This document shows, piece by piece, positions 39,456-50,043 of a stretch of DNA of 64,000 bases. The notes under the pieces are model-generated. The model did no database searches. It was not told the DNA's origin and saw only the letters and a program-made list of their open reading frames with translations. The position numbers and the translations under genes are program-made. The stretch is from positions 32,001 through 96,000 of the IMG/VR virus record IMGVR_UViG_3300042308_001049; one strand, written 5' to 3'. The stretch comes from a virus. Each line of letters begins with the position of its first letter. Positions within the stretch are counted from its first letter, which is position 1.

Positions 39456-40388
39456 ATGATAAATCAGCTAGTAGCAAACTTAGTTAACTCAGTCTTAGGA
39501 CATGGTAAGCCAACCGCTCGTGGTAACCAGGCTCATACCTGCCCATTCTGTCATCATCATAAACCTAAACTAGAAATTAACCTAGATGAAAATGCCACTC
39601 ACTATCAAAAGTGGCATTGTTGGGCTTGTAATAAAAAAGGAAGTAAACTACTTAGCCTATTTAAAGCAATTGATGCCTCTATAGATAAGATAGAGGAACT
39701 AAAGTCCCTAGTTGGGTCCGGGTTTAGGATTGTAACCCAAGAACAAAAGACTGATCTTAAATTACCAGAAGAATTTAAACCGTTATCTGAGATTACAGAA
39801 AATGATATTGTAGGTAGACATGCTTTAGCTTATCTAAAAAAACGAGGCGTTAGTAAACACGATATACTCAAGTACAATATAGGATATTGTGACGGTGGTG
39901 CCTTTGATAAGATGATCGTTATACCATCGTATAATAACAAAGGTAAATTGAATTACTATGTGGCTCGTAATTTCAATCCTAACTCTAAGGTAAAATATAA
40001 GAACCCAGCACTAAGTAAAAACATTATACCTTTTGAACTATATATTAACTGGTCTTCACCTCTTATCTTATGTGAGGGACCATTTGATGCTTTAGCCATC
40101 AAACGAAATGCTATCCCATTATTAGGAAAACACATCCAGGATAGCTTAATGAAAAAAATTGTAACATCAACTGTGAAGCAAATCTATATTGCTTTAGATA
40201 AGGATGCTATGAAAGATGCTTTACGTTTTGCTGAGTTGTTATTAAATGAGGGTAAAGAAGTTTACCTTGTAGATTTGGATGAAAAGGATCCAAGCGAGAT
40301 GGGCTTTACCCACTTTACAAACCTTATTCAAAACACTCAGCCTTTAAATCAGTATAACTTAATGTCTAAAAAATTACAATTAGTATGA
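39456..40388 (+). CDS. DNA primase
   Basis: CPFC...HCWAC zinc finger; TOPRIM CEGPFD and LDKD. Confidence 0.9.
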   Translation: MINQLVANLVNSVLGHGKPTARGNQAHTCPFCHHHKPKLEINLDENATHYQKWHCWACNKKGSKLLSLFKAIDASIDKIEELKSLVGSGFRIVTQEQKTDLKLPEEFKPLSEITENDIVGRHALAYLKKRGVSKHDILKYNIGYCDGGAFDKMIVIPSYNNKGKLNYYVARNFNPNSKVKYKNPALSKNIIPFELYINWSSPLILCEGPFDALAIKRNAIPLLGKHIQDSLMKKIVTSTVKQIYIALDKDAMKDALRFAELLLNEGKEVYLVDLDEKDPSEMGFTHFTNLIQNTQPLNQYNLMSKKLQLV

Positions 40389-41161
40389 GTAAAATTATCA
40401 AACACACTCACAACCGTATTTTAGAAGTATCAGATGATGCTCAACAAATTACCTTACCAGATTCACGTTACTATAGACGTAATGGAGAATATTATCCTTC
40501 AATCACTTATGTTTTAAGTGCTTACCCTAAAGGAAAACACTTTGAGGAATGGCTTAAGAATATGGGTAGAGCAGCTGATCATGCTGTTAAAAAAGCAGCT
40601 GAGGAAGGAACTCAAACTCATGAACTTATTGAGAATTATTTAAATGGAGAAGAGCTTCATTTCCTAGATAGTAGAGGTGTACCTCAACATAATACAGATG
40701 TATGGCAAATGTTTTTACGTTTTGTAGATTTTTGGGAGACATATAAACCTAAACTTGTAGAAGTTGAAGCCCACCTATTCTCAGATGAACTCAAAGTAGC
40801 AGGCACTACTGACTTAGTATTTGAGCTAAATGATGAGTTATGGATTGTAGATAATAAAACTTCAAATAATCTACAAACCTCATATGATTTACAAACCGCT
40901 GTTTATGCTAAATGTTATGAAGAATGCTATGGTAAAAAAGTAGACCGAGCTGGTATTTTATGGCTTAAATCAGCTAAGAGAGGCCCAGATAAATCAGGTA
41001 AGAAAATCCAAGGTAAAGGATGGGAGTTGTATGAATCTGATCGTTCTATTGAAGAGAATCTAGATATTTTTAAGAGTGTAAAGCGTTTATTTGACCTTGA
41101 AAATCCTAACCATTCACCTTCATTTACTGAACTACGAACTGTAGTTAAGAGAGAATTATAA
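40385..41161 (+). CDS. PD-(D/E)XK exonuclease
   Basis: YPSITYVL, GTQTH, AGTTD, VDNKTS, QTAVY. Confidence 0.85.
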   Translation: MSKIIKHTHNRILEVSDDAQQITLPDSRYYRRNGEYYPSITYVLSAYPKGKHFEEWLKNMGRAADHAVKKAAEEGTQTHELIENYLNGEELHFLDSRGVPQHNTDVWQMFLRFVDFWETYKPKLVEVEAHLFSDELKVAGTTDLVFELNDELWIVDNKTSNNLQTSYDLQTAVYAKCYEECYGKKVDRAGILWLKSAKRGPDKSGKKIQGKGWELYESDRSIEENLDIFKSVKRLFDLENPNHSPSFTELRTVVKREL

Positions 41162-41197
41162 CATATTTATACGGAGACACAACTTATATTTTAAGCT

Positions 41198-41569
41198 ATG
41201 AAATTATCCGATTTTAAAAAACTCATTATAGAGGCTATCGAAGACGAGAAAAAAGAAACCACTATGGAAATAATGGAACCAGATGATCAAATTGGTACCT
41301 TCATGATTGTAAAAAAGCCTAGTGGACAATGTAGAACTATGGAAGATATACTTCAAGAAGTATCTATCTATGATTCAATCATGAAAGAAGAAATCATCAT
41401 GGCTACCACTAATAAGTCAGCTGCTCGTAAGTGTGCCACAGAAGCTCTTAAAGAATATGAAATGGCTAAAGAAGCTCTTAAAAAAGAAATGGAAGAGTAT
41501 AGAGAAGCTAAAAAAACAATCGCAGCCAAAAGAGATAAAGCTAAAGAGACCATTATGCGTCTTAAATAA
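41198..41569 (+). CDS. Tagged late protein (MKLSDFKKLIIE)
   Basis: ORF track; late motif at 41164. Confidence 0.8.
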   Translation: MKLSDFKKLIIEAIEDEKKETTMEIMEPDDQIGTFMIVKKPSGQCRTMEDILQEVSIYDSIMKEEIIMATTNKSAARKCATEALKEYEMAKEALKKEMEEYREAKKTIAAKRDKAKETIMRLK

Positions 41570-43483
41570 ATGGACCAACTTACTAAATATTTAATTAGTG
41601 AACTTATAGATGGTAGAAAAGTAACCGCCGTTTATGGAGGTGAATTTAAACCACCTACTAAGGAACATTTTAATTTAGTAAAAAAAACTTTAGAAGATAA
41701 TAAACAAATAGACAAAGTCATTGTTTATGTAGGTGATAAAGCCGAAGAAGGTATAACACAAGAACAGTCTTTACAAGTATGGGGTTTATTTAAAGAGATG
41801 TTAGGGGATAAGATAGAAATTATCCCCTCTAACCAACCTTTAAATGATATTAAAACTTATATAAAGGATAATCCTAACGATATTAATATTGAGATATCTT
41901 TTGACAAAGGATTAAATAGTATAGGTGCCCGTAAAGCTTTAAAGTCCCGCAATAAAGAAAAATTCCTAGAATACCTCCCTGAAGAAATGCCTGACACTGA
42001 AAAAGAAAGTGTATGGAGTGTCTTTGAAGATGTTATACTTAAAGAGGGGGATCCTAAAGTAGGTACAGGTAAAAAACCTAAAGGATCAGGTCGTAGACTA
42101 TACACAGATGAAGATCCTACAGATACTGTAGCTATAAAATTCTCTAGTAAACAAGATATTATAGATACCCTATCTAAAACGTCTTTTAAATCAAAACCAC
42201 ACAATCGCCAATCTCAAATCATAAATGTGATTCATCAACGAGTTAGAGCGGCTTATGAACGAGCTAAAGATCCTGAGGTAAAGGCTAGATTAAAGAAAGC
42301 TTTAGATTATGCTGAAAAGAGAAAAGAAGCATCTAAAGAAAAAACACAACGTCTAAATAAAGAAAATGTAGCTCCTAACCATACTGGTAAGGCTGCTCCT
42401 TATGGCTCAGGTTATAAAAAATTAAAAGAAAATACTATTCCTTCAATTGACATAGTTCAAAAATGTGCTGAGTTGACTCAACATATGATTGATAAGGGGT
42501 ATAATATCCGGCCTTTACCTTCAATTAAGTTTATAGATGATGATGTAGAAAACGCCGGAAATTTCTTAGGTAAAACCGCCTATTATAAACCTGAAGACAA
42601 AATGATAGTATTATATACCTATGGACGTCATCCTAAGGATATAGTGCGTTCTTTTGCTCATGAAATGATTCACCACATGCAAAACCTAGAAGGCAGAATC
42701 GGGAATGGGGATATTAAAACTACCAATACAAATGAAGATGATTATCTGAAAAAAATTGAAGCGGAAGCTAACTTAAAGGGTACTATGACATTTAGGAATT
42801 GGACAGATAGTTTAAGAGAAGATGGGAAGAAAGTATCCATTAAAAATATGGATAACTATAAAAAACAAAATAACCCAAGCGGTAAAGTAAAAGATCCTTT
42901 TGGTTTAAATCAGTATGCTCGTGAGTTAACTATAGGTTTACAAGAGGTTGGAGAAGCCACCTTAAAACCATATGAATGGGAAGAATATACAGGTAAAGAA
43001 GGTTATTATAATATTGGATTTATGACTGATTATGGTTTAGAGTATGATGTGGATCTTGAATTAAAAATATACACACCAGAAAATTCAACATCAAATATTC
43101 AAGCAATAGAAATTGGATTTGCTGTAACTGCTGAAGACGAGGATGGGTATAGTTACTCAACTACTGATGCCGTGGTTAATAAAGGTGAAATGTATAGAGT
43201 AATGTCTACTATAATAGATATACTTAAAGTTTATATTAAAAAATTAAAAGCTGAAGCTATTATCTACTCACCTTCTAAAAAACAAGGAGAAGAGTTTGGG
43301 TCTCAAAGAGATAATCTATACAAAGCATTTATTTCTAAAGCATTTCCTGGAGTAAAATTTGAACAGAAAGGAGATATAGTAGCGGTTATTTTACCTAAAA
43401 CAACATTGAGTGAAAATAAAGACCCATTTGGTTTAAATCAATACGCAAGAGAATTAGCTCAAGGTTTAGAAGAGACAACTTAA
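41570..43483 (+). CDS. Multidomain protein: degenerate cytidyltransferase-like, basic domain, HExxH metallopeptidase, C-terminal module
   Basis: YGGEFKPPTKEH; GTGKKPKGSGRRLYTDE; AHEMIHHMQ; duplicated KDPFGLNQYAREL. Confidence 0.75.
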   Translation: MDQLTKYLISELIDGRKVTAVYGGEFKPPTKEHFNLVKKTLEDNKQIDKVIVYVGDKAEEGITQEQSLQVWGLFKEMLGDKIEIIPSNQPLNDIKTYIKDNPNDINIEISFDKGLNSIGARKALKSRNKEKFLEYLPEEMPDTEKESVWSVFEDVILKEGDPKVGTGKKPKGSGRRLYTDEDPTDTVAIKFSSKQDIIDTLSKTSFKSKPHNRQSQIINVIHQRVRAAYERAKDPEVKARLKKALDYAEKRKEASKEKTQRLNKENVAPNHTGKAAPYGSGYKKLKENTIPSIDIVQKCAELTQHMIDKGYNIRPLPSIKFIDDDVENAGNFLGKTAYYKPEDKMIVLYTYGRHPKDIVRSFAHEMIHHMQNLEGRIGNGDIKTTNTNEDDYLKKIEAEANLKGTMTFRNWTDSLREDGKKVSIKNMDNYKKQNNPSGKVKDPFGLNQYARELTIGLQEVGEATLKPYEWEEYTGKEGYYNIGFMTDYGLEYDVDLELKIYTPENSTSNIQAIEIGFAVTAEDEDGYSYSTTDAVVNKGEMYRVMSTIIDILKVYIKKLKAEAIIYSPSKKQGEEFGSQRDNLYKAFISKAFPGVKFEQKGDIVAVILPKTTLSENKDPFGLNQYARELAQGLEETT

Positions 43484-43525
43484 GTTTGGCTCCCCACCTT
43501 TTTTCCCGTAACTTCATCCCCCATT

Positions 43526-44038
43526 ATGAGACTAATTGAAATGCTTAATGAAATAAAGGAGAAAGAAGGGTATATAATATACTCGGACATGGATGGGGTA
43601 ATAACGGACTTTGATAAACGTTTTATGAAGTACTCGGAGGGTATCCCTCCCGCTCAATACGAACTTGAGAATGGTGCTAAAGCATTTTGGAATCTTATAA
43701 ATAATGCCGGGGTTAAATTTTGGTCCGAGATGAATTGGATGCCTTACGGTAAAAAATATTGGGAACGTATCAAACAATATAATCCTATTCTCCTATCTGC
43801 TCCTTCACAAGATAAATCATCTTATATTGGTAAAAAGGAATGGGTTAATAAGAATTTACCTGGGTCTGAGCTTATCTTAGCAGCTGCTGAGGATAAACAA
43901 AAATATGCTGCTCCTAATCATATTCTGATAGATGATAGAAAATCAAATATTGATCAATGGGAAGCTAAAGGTGGTATAGGTATTAGATATATATCACTCA
44001 GTCAAGTTATAGAAGATTTAGAAAAATTAGGTTTATGA
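43526..44038 (+). CDS. HAD-family 5'(3')-deoxyribonucleotidase-like protein
   Basis: DMDGVITDF, LSAP, GKKEW, ILIDDR. Confidence 0.85.
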   Translation: MRLIEMLNEIKEKEGYIIYSDMDGVITDFDKRFMKYSEGIPPAQYELENGAKAFWNLINNAGVKFWSEMNWMPYGKKYWERIKQYNPILLSAPSQDKSSYIGKKEWVNKNLPGSELILAAAEDKQKYAAPNHILIDDRKSNIDQWEAKGGIGIRYISLSQVIEDLEKLGL

Positions 44039-44616
44039 GTAAAGACAATGTTTTAAAAAAACAATTCCAGGAAAAAGACGTTCAACGTTTAAGAAATATA
44101 GTAAAAGGTAAATATGCAGATAAATCCCAAGTATCAGTCGGTTTTACAAAAGAACAAGAACTCTATCATACGGAAGGAGATACTTGGACCGAAGGAGATA
44201 AGACGTGGACAATTAAGGATGGCATTAAGCAAAATGTTACCAAACTTGATAAAGCGCGTGAAGCGGTCAATTTCCCGATTTTTTGCCCGTCTTGTAAAAA
44301 ACCGATGAAACCACACTTAGATAAGAAGTGGTTTAACATGTATAAACGTTGTTTTAATTGTCAGATTGATTTTGAAACCAATTTACGTACCCAAGGTTTA
44401 TGGGAAGAATATCAAACATTCCTTCATAATTCAGATGTAGAGGGTTTAATTAAAGAATTTGAACTTTGGATAAATGAAGAAATTCAACATAGTAATATTC
44501 AATCTTATATCACCGAGGCAGGTGATATAGAAAAATGGACAGGTTCAACTAAAAATAAACTTCTTGAATCAAAAGAAGAAACTATTAAATATTTGCAAAG
44601 TTTAAAGAAAGGTTAA
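44035..44616 (+). CDS. Zinc-finger hypothetical protein
   Basis: CPSC...CFNC. Confidence 0.75.
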   Translation: MSKDNVLKKQFQEKDVQRLRNIVKGKYADKSQVSVGFTKEQELYHTEGDTWTEGDKTWTIKDGIKQNVTKLDKAREAVNFPIFCPSCKKPMKPHLDKKWFNMYKRCFNCQIDFETNLRTQGLWEEYQTFLHNSDVEGLIKEFELWINEEIQHSNIQSYITEAGDIEKWTGSTKNKLLESKEETIKYLQSLKKG

Positions 44617-44647
44617 TATTTATTATATATACCTAAATCCTAATATA

Positions 44648-44914
44648 ATGAGCTTTGATGTAGCTAAATGGAATAAAAAACGATACCTAGCAGAAGCTGG
44701 TCTTCTTGAAAATGAAGAAGCAGATAAGGTACATGATCTTATATATGATGCTAATCCATCATACCCTAATTTAGCCAAAGCTTTAGCTAAATTTCTTAAA
44801 GGTACAGAAGAAGATCTTGATAGTGGGTTTTCCTTAGATCAAATAAAAGATTTTATGAAAATTCTTCATACTGAATTAGGTGTAAATAATATGAAAGAAG
44901 AATATTTACCTTAA
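44648..44914 (+). CDS. Tagged late protein (FDVAKWN..YLAE)
   Basis: ORF track; late motif at 44617. Confidence 0.75.
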   Translation: MSFDVAKWNKKRYLAEAGLLENEEADKVHDLIYDANPSYPNLAKALAKFLKGTEEDLDSGFSLDQIKDFMKILHTELGVNNMKEEYLP

Positions 44915-44930
44915 TCTACATTAGATAATT

Positions 44931-46040
44931 ATGAAAGACTTAGATAAAATCAAAGAATTCTTCTCTCAACCAATCCCAGGTGAGGACGCCATTGATACAA
45001 TCTCAATGGATGTTCCTCTTTTTCTTCGTATGTTAGAATATGCTAAAGAAGATGCTCAAGAAGATGTAGACCTGCATGATGTAACACAACGTGCTACTGA
45101 ACTAAGTAAGACTAAGCCTTTCTTGTCAATGGAGGACTATAATGAGATTGTAGCCGCCTCTCAAGAAATTGATGAAGAAGTAGGTTACCTTTCCTTAAAA
45201 GATGATAACCCATTTGATGATGTCCCTTCAATTGACATCCAAATCATTGATGATAAAGAAGGAGTTAGCTCACCTAAAGCATTTGTAAACTTTAGTTCTA
45301 TGTACCATAGTGGAGACAATGGTAAGATGGAAATCTTAAAAAACAATCCTGCTCTACAAGATAAGGTAATGATGGCTCTTCAATCAGAGTTTCAAAAGAC
45401 ATTTAGAAGAGTAATTCACGGTATTTTAGGTGAACCATTTGGTTTAAGAGAAGATGCTTTTGAAGACACTTGGGCTCTTAATAGAAAAAAAGCACAATCA
45501 TTTATAGAAAAATATCCTAATGACACTGGTATAAACTATGTTAAAGCATACCTAGACATAGATGATATGGTGGATGCAAACCGATATTGGAATGATTTTG
45601 TTAGAAAAATTATTAATAAGTCTCCTAATAATGAATCTTTAAAAGAAAAAATCAAAGAAATTCTTTTAGAGAAAAAAAAAAAGAGAGACCGCTGCCTTAG
45701 AATAGCTGATCGTAGATATAAAAAACCATCTGCTTATAAATCAGGCGCTGTAGTTAGATGCCGTGATGGAGAAATTTGGAAAAATTTAAAAGAAGCCATT
45801 CAAGAAATCATCCAGGAGGATGAATCCCTCTACAAATGGTTTAAACGTACAGGCACCCCAGGCAAAGAAGGAGGTTGGGTTGATTGTAATGCCCCTATTC
45901 GTAAAGATGGTAAAATAACAGGTTATAAATCTTGTGGTAGAAAAGAAGGAGAAAAACGTGCTAAATATCCTTCTTGTCGCCCTACAGCCGCTAAATGTAA
46001 AGACCCAGGCAAAGGTAAAAAATGGGGAAAAACAAAATAA
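44931..46040 (+). CDS. Modular late protein with basic Cys-rich C-terminal domains
   Basis: MDVPLFLRMLEYAKED; PSAYKSGA; KWFK..GGWVDC..CGR..YPSCRP. Confidence 0.75.
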   Translation: MKDLDKIKEFFSQPIPGEDAIDTISMDVPLFLRMLEYAKEDAQEDVDLHDVTQRATELSKTKPFLSMEDYNEIVAASQEIDEEVGYLSLKDDNPFDDVPSIDIQIIDDKEGVSSPKAFVNFSSMYHSGDNGKMEILKNNPALQDKVMMALQSEFQKTFRRVIHGILGEPFGLREDAFEDTWALNRKKAQSFIEKYPNDTGINYVKAYLDIDDMVDANRYWNDFVRKIINKSPNNESLKEKIKEILLEKKKKRDRCLRIADRRYKKPSAYKSGAVVRCRDGEIWKNLKEAIQEIIQEDESLYKWFKRTGTPGKEGGWVDCNAPIRKDGKITGYKSCGRKEGEKRAKYPSCRPTAAKCKDPGKGKKWGKTK

Positions 46041-46079
46041 CTATACATATTTATAACATATACTCTAATTGAACATACA

Positions 46080-47891
46080 ATGGATAATTTTGATTTAAGA
46101 AAATTTTTAACTGAAGGTAAGCTATATAAAGAAAATCTAGTAAATACAAGATCTGAAGCTGAACAAGACGCTCAAATCTTCCATAAGGATTTAGTAGTTA
46201 AATATGGCTTTGATAATGTAGCTGATGCCTTAGAGGCACTTTATGATAATGCTGAAGAAGGTGGTGCTAGCTATGAAAACATAGCTGATCTTCTTAAGAT
46301 GGATAACTCCATGCTTGTAGACATGATTGTAGACAATTTAACTGAAGGTAAGCTATATAAAGAAAATCTAGTAAATACAAGATCTGAAGCTGAACAAGAC
46401 GCTCAAATCTTCCATAAGGATTTAGTAGTTAAATATGGCTTTGATAATGTAGCTGATGCCTTAGAGGCACTTTATGATAATGCTGAAGAAGGTGGTGCTA
46501 GCTATGAAAACATAGCTGATCTTCTTAAGATGGATAACTCCATGCTTGTAGACATGATTGTAGACAATTTAACTGAAGGTAAAGATAAGTCTTCTAATAT
46601 TCAAAAACTAATGGCCGCAGGTTATTCAAAATCAAATGCTGAAGATTTTGCTGATGAATTTGAACAGGGTGGATCAAAAGTTCCTCAAAGAGTAAAAGAT
46701 ATTTTAACAAACGAATCTGTTAAATCAAAAATGAAAATGTCTGAACTTAAGGCTAAAATTCGTACTGAAATCTTAGCTGAGCTTTCTCTAAATGAGGATG
46801 AAGAAGACAACTTTATGGGTGGTGCTGAATCTGAAGCAGATGTTGACCCAGTTTACGAGGCGACCAAAGACGGTGACGGTGAAGTCCCAGCCAAAGATGC
46901 AGACACAGACGTTGACATCATAGATAAAGAAGAAGTAGACATTGACATTAAGAAAAAACCTAAAATGTCTATGAAAGTAGATGATAATTTCTTAGATCAA
47001 TTAGAGGATTTAAAAGATGAAGCTGATGCGATAGGTGATAATAAACTCGAAAGACAAATCGATAACACTATCACTTACTTTACTCGCCAACATATTGCTA
47101 AAGATACAAATGAGTCTTTTGAGTTAGAAGAAGCTTATGATGAATTAGAAGGAAATGATATGGATTTAGTACGTAGTCTAGAAGCTGAACTAATGGAAGG
47201 ATATAGCGAATTCCAGCGTGTTGGTAGAGGTAAAAAGAAAACAGTAGCTAGAAATAAAGGTGAAGAAGAAGTTTACGGAGCCGGAGTTAAAAAAGGTGAA
47301 GAAATTGAAAAAGAAAAACTTGGAGAATCACTTGAAATCCTTAAAATGAAAAAATTAGCTGGCCTTTTATCTGAAGGTGAATACGCCAAAGCATTATTAA
47401 GAGAAATGGAAGAAATATCTGAAGATAAACTCCCAACTATTAAAATTTCAAAAGACATATACTACTTTGATAAATTAGATAGGTTAGATACTAAAGATAA
47501 TGTTGATGAAAAATATCATGATAAGGCTAATTTAATATTTAAAAAAGGTCAAACAGTAAAAGATGACACCAAATATGAAGATTCAGAATATAAAATGATT
47601 ACTTCATCAAGAAGTCTTAAAAAAGGAATAGATTATATCTCACAATCAATCAATGAAGTAGAAACAACATCTGGAGATTCAAATTTTGAATCTATAAAAC
47701 AATCTGTAATAGATAAATTAGAAAGAGAATACCAAAAGGATATAGATAGCAATTATATAGATACTGATATTATAGACCAAGTTAAATCAGCAACAGATAT
47801 TGATTCACTTGAAAAGATTATATTTACCAATATAGATGATCAATATGATTTCTTATTCCCTATCTATAAGAAAATAATATTCGGAAAATAA
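46080..47891 (+). CDS. Acidic modular late protein with internal 77-aa duplication
   Basis: MDNFDLRKFLTE tag; many L-x-E sites. Confidence 0.8.
   Translation: MDNFDLRKFLTEGKLYKENLVNTRSEAEQDAQIFHKDLVVKYGFDNVADALEALYDNAEEGGASYENIADLLKMDNSMLVDMIVDNLTEGKLYKENLVNTRSEAEQDAQIFHKDLVVKYGFDNVADALEALYDNAEEGGASYENIADLLKMDNSMLVDMIVDNLTEGKDKSSNIQKLMAAGYSKSNAEDFADEFEQGGSKVPQRVKDILTNESVKSKMKMSELKAKIRTEILAELSLNEDEEDNFMGGAESEADVDPVYEATKDGDGEVPAKDADTDVDIIDKEEVDIDIKKKPKMSMKVDDNFLDQLEDLKDEADAIGDNKLERQIDNTITYFTRQHIAKDTNESFELEEAYDELEGNDMDLVRSLEAELMEGYSEFQRVGRGKKKTVARNKGEEEVYGAGVKKGEEIEKEKLGESLEILKMKKLAGLLSEGEYAKALLREMEEISEDKLPTIKISKDIYYFDKLDRLDTKDNVDEKYHDKANLIFKKGQTVKDDTKYEDSEYKMITSSRSLKKGIDYISQSINEVETTSGDSNFESIKQSVIDKLEREYQKDIDSNYIDTDIIDQVKSATDIDSLEKIIFTNIDDQYDFLFPIYKKIIFGK
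46106..46582 (+). repeat. 231-bp tandem duplication, identical as read
   Basis: CTGAAGGTAA at 46111, 46342 and 46573. Confidence 0.92.
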
Positions 47892-47897
47892 AAAACC

Positions 47898-48278
47898 ATG
47901 AAAGAATCACTCGAAATCCTTAAAATGAAAAAATTAGCTGGCCTTTTAACTGAAGGTGAATATGCTAAAGCATTGTTAAGAGAAATGGAAGAAGACGTAT
48001 TTGACTATAGTAATCTTGTTCTCGGAACTATCAATCGACTTATTGATATGGAAGAGAAAGGAGAAAATATCCTTAACATACTAGGTAGAATCTCTGAATG
48101 GAATGAATTAGTAGATTTAGCTAGAGAAGAAGAAGGAGATTCATTTGATTATAGTAATCTTGTTCTTGGAACTATTAACCAACTTATTAACATGGGAGAA
48201 AAAGGGCAAAGTGTCCTTAACATACTAGGTAGAATCTCTGAATGGAATGAAGTAGTAGATTTAGCTAGAGAAGCATAA
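47898..48278 (+). CDS. Tagged protein with two FDYSNLVLGTIN repeats
   Basis: N-terminus duplicates ESLEILKMKKLAGLL.EGEYAKALLREMEE from the upstream gene. Confidence 0.8.
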   Translation: MKESLEILKMKKLAGLLTEGEYAKALLREMEEDVFDYSNLVLGTINRLIDMEEKGENILNILGRISEWNELVDLAREEEGDSFDYSNLVLGTINQLINMGEKGQSVLNILGRISEWNEVVDLAREA

Positions 48279-48294
48279 AATAAAAATAAAAAAT

Positions 48295-48468
48295 ATGACA
48301 TCACAAGAACTATATACCAAAATGGCTGAATTGTTTGAAACATTAACAATCGAACATAACAAACCAGCTAAAGCCGCTCATGGTCGTGCTCGTAAAGCAG
48401 CAGGTGAGCTTAAAAAACTTATCACTGAATATAGAAAAGCTTCTACATTAGAGGATAAAGCAAAATAA
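48295..48468 (+). CDS. Histone H1-like (Hc1 family) protein, 57 aa
   Basis: KAAHGRARKAAGELKKLITEYRKAS resembles Bacteroidota Hc1-like proteins. Confidence 0.7.
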   Translation: MTSQELYTKMAELFETLTIEHNKPAKAAHGRARKAAGELKKLITEYRKASTLEDKAK

Positions 48469-48469
48469 A

Positions 48470-49591
48470 ATGACACCAGAAGAAAAAGCTAAAGCGGACG
48501 AAATCTATAAAGCCATCATTGGCAAGGAAAGAAACTCTTTAGTTAAACGTTATGGTAAAGGCGCAACCGCTGAAAGAGTTGCAAAAGGTAGAGCAATAAA
48601 AATAGCCCAAAAAATAGCAGAAAAGAAAATGGAACCATCAAAAGATAGACTTAAAGAAATGGTTAAAGCCGCCCTAATGCAAGAAAAAGCAGGCTTCACA
48701 AACCAATTTGACAACGACCCAGCCTTAAAAGGTGGTCAAAAGAAACTCCCAGATGGTTTACAAAAAGCCATTATCTCTAAAGCTAAGGGTAAGATGAAAG
48801 AAGCTTTATCCTCTAACTCCAACTACTCAGAATATTCAAATGATGCCTTAACAGATATGATTATTAATCTTTCAAGATATGAAGGTACTGAGGACTTAGT
48901 TAAAAGAGTAAAAGACGAGTTAGAAAATCGTCGTGAAAAGGCAAAAGGTGAGATGAAAGAAGATCTTGACCTAGGCCACACTGACAACGAACCACATATG
49001 CTTAAAAGTGATCTATACCATATTGGAAAATATGCTATGGATCTCTACCAAATGGTAGATCAGTTTGAAGGTATGGGTGAGGTTGATTTCCCACATTGGT
49101 GGCAGTCAAAAATCATTAAGGCAAAAGAAATGATGTCTAGTGCTAAACACTACCTTGATTTTGAAACTAGAGAACCAGAAATTGATGCTATGGTAGGTGC
49201 GGTTGATGCTATAAGTATGAATGAAGCTAAACAGGAACCAGTAATGATTGATGGTAAAGAAGTTAATATAGGTAGTATTGAACCTTCTAATATCTCCCCA
49301 GATGATTACCCTGACTTCTCAGACGCATACGCTGCAAACGCTAAATTCATGGATGGGATTGAATTAACTGATGAACAATTAGCCATGTTAGATGATCAGT
49401 ATCCTGATGTTGTAAGAAATCGAGCTGAGGAGAAAATACTTGGAGAGAAAAAACTTACTAAGCCTGAACTTAAAAAAAGAGAAGAAATAGCTAAAGCTAT
49501 GGAAAAAGGTGATCCAAAAATGGATATGGAAAAGAAAATGAAAATAGCAACTTCTATAGCTAAAAGAGTAGCTGAACGACTTAAAAAATAA
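48470..49591 (+). CDS. Modular late protein
   Basis: LKGGQKKLP; DNEPHM...FPHWWQSKI; DYPDFSDAY; EKKLTKPELKKRE segments separated by x-x-E sites. Confidence 0.8.
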   Translation: MTPEEKAKADEIYKAIIGKERNSLVKRYGKGATAERVAKGRAIKIAQKIAEKKMEPSKDRLKEMVKAALMQEKAGFTNQFDNDPALKGGQKKLPDGLQKAIISKAKGKMKEALSSNSNYSEYSNDALTDMIINLSRYEGTEDLVKRVKDELENRREKAKGEMKEDLDLGHTDNEPHMLKSDLYHIGKYAMDLYQMVDQFEGMGEVDFPHWWQSKIIKAKEMMSSAKHYLDFETREPEIDAMVGAVDAISMNEAKQEPVMIDGKEVNIGSIEPSNISPDDYPDFSDAYAANAKFMDGIELTDEQLAMLDDQYPDVVRNRAEEKILGEKKLTKPELKKREEIAKAMEKGDPKMDMEKKMKIATSIAKRVAERLKK

Positions 49592-49596
49592 ACAAC

Positions 49597-50043
49597 GTGA
49601 CTAAAGACGAACTAAAAGAAAAAATTAGAGTCTTAGTTAAACAAGTCTATGTCGATAAAGCTAAAACAACAATAGCGGCAGCCGAATATGATGAGTTAAC
49701 TAAATTCCCAGAACTTAAAAAAGTTTTGGTAGACTTACTTACTCCTGACTTTGATTTTTTCCTAGCCTCGATTGATTGGGTTGCTCCTCGTCCTACAACA
49801 TTCCGTATCAATCTAAAGAATGGTACTAGTTTCTATCTTATCTTTACCCCACGCTCTTGGATTGCTCAAGTAGAAGGTAAAAAATATTACCTCCTAAACT
49901 TAAATGAGGAAGAAGCAGCTTGTGAAGCCATTGCTCGTCAATTACGTTATCAGGTACCTGTTAAAGACAAACCTGAAGGGGCTGCTAGTGAAGTAGATGT
50001 GACTCCAACAGAAACTGAAGAAGAAGTACCCGCAGAAGCATAA
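49597..50043 (+). CDS. Hypothetical late protein
   Basis: GTG start; WVAPRPTTFRINL. Confidence 0.75.
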   Translation: MTKDELKEKIRVLVKQVYVDKAKTTIAAAEYDELTKFPELKKVLVDLLTPDFDFFLASIDWVAPRPTTFRINLKNGTSFYLIFTPRSWIAQVEGKKYYLLNLNEEEAACEAIARQLRYQVPVKDKPEGAASEVDVTPTETEEEVPAEA

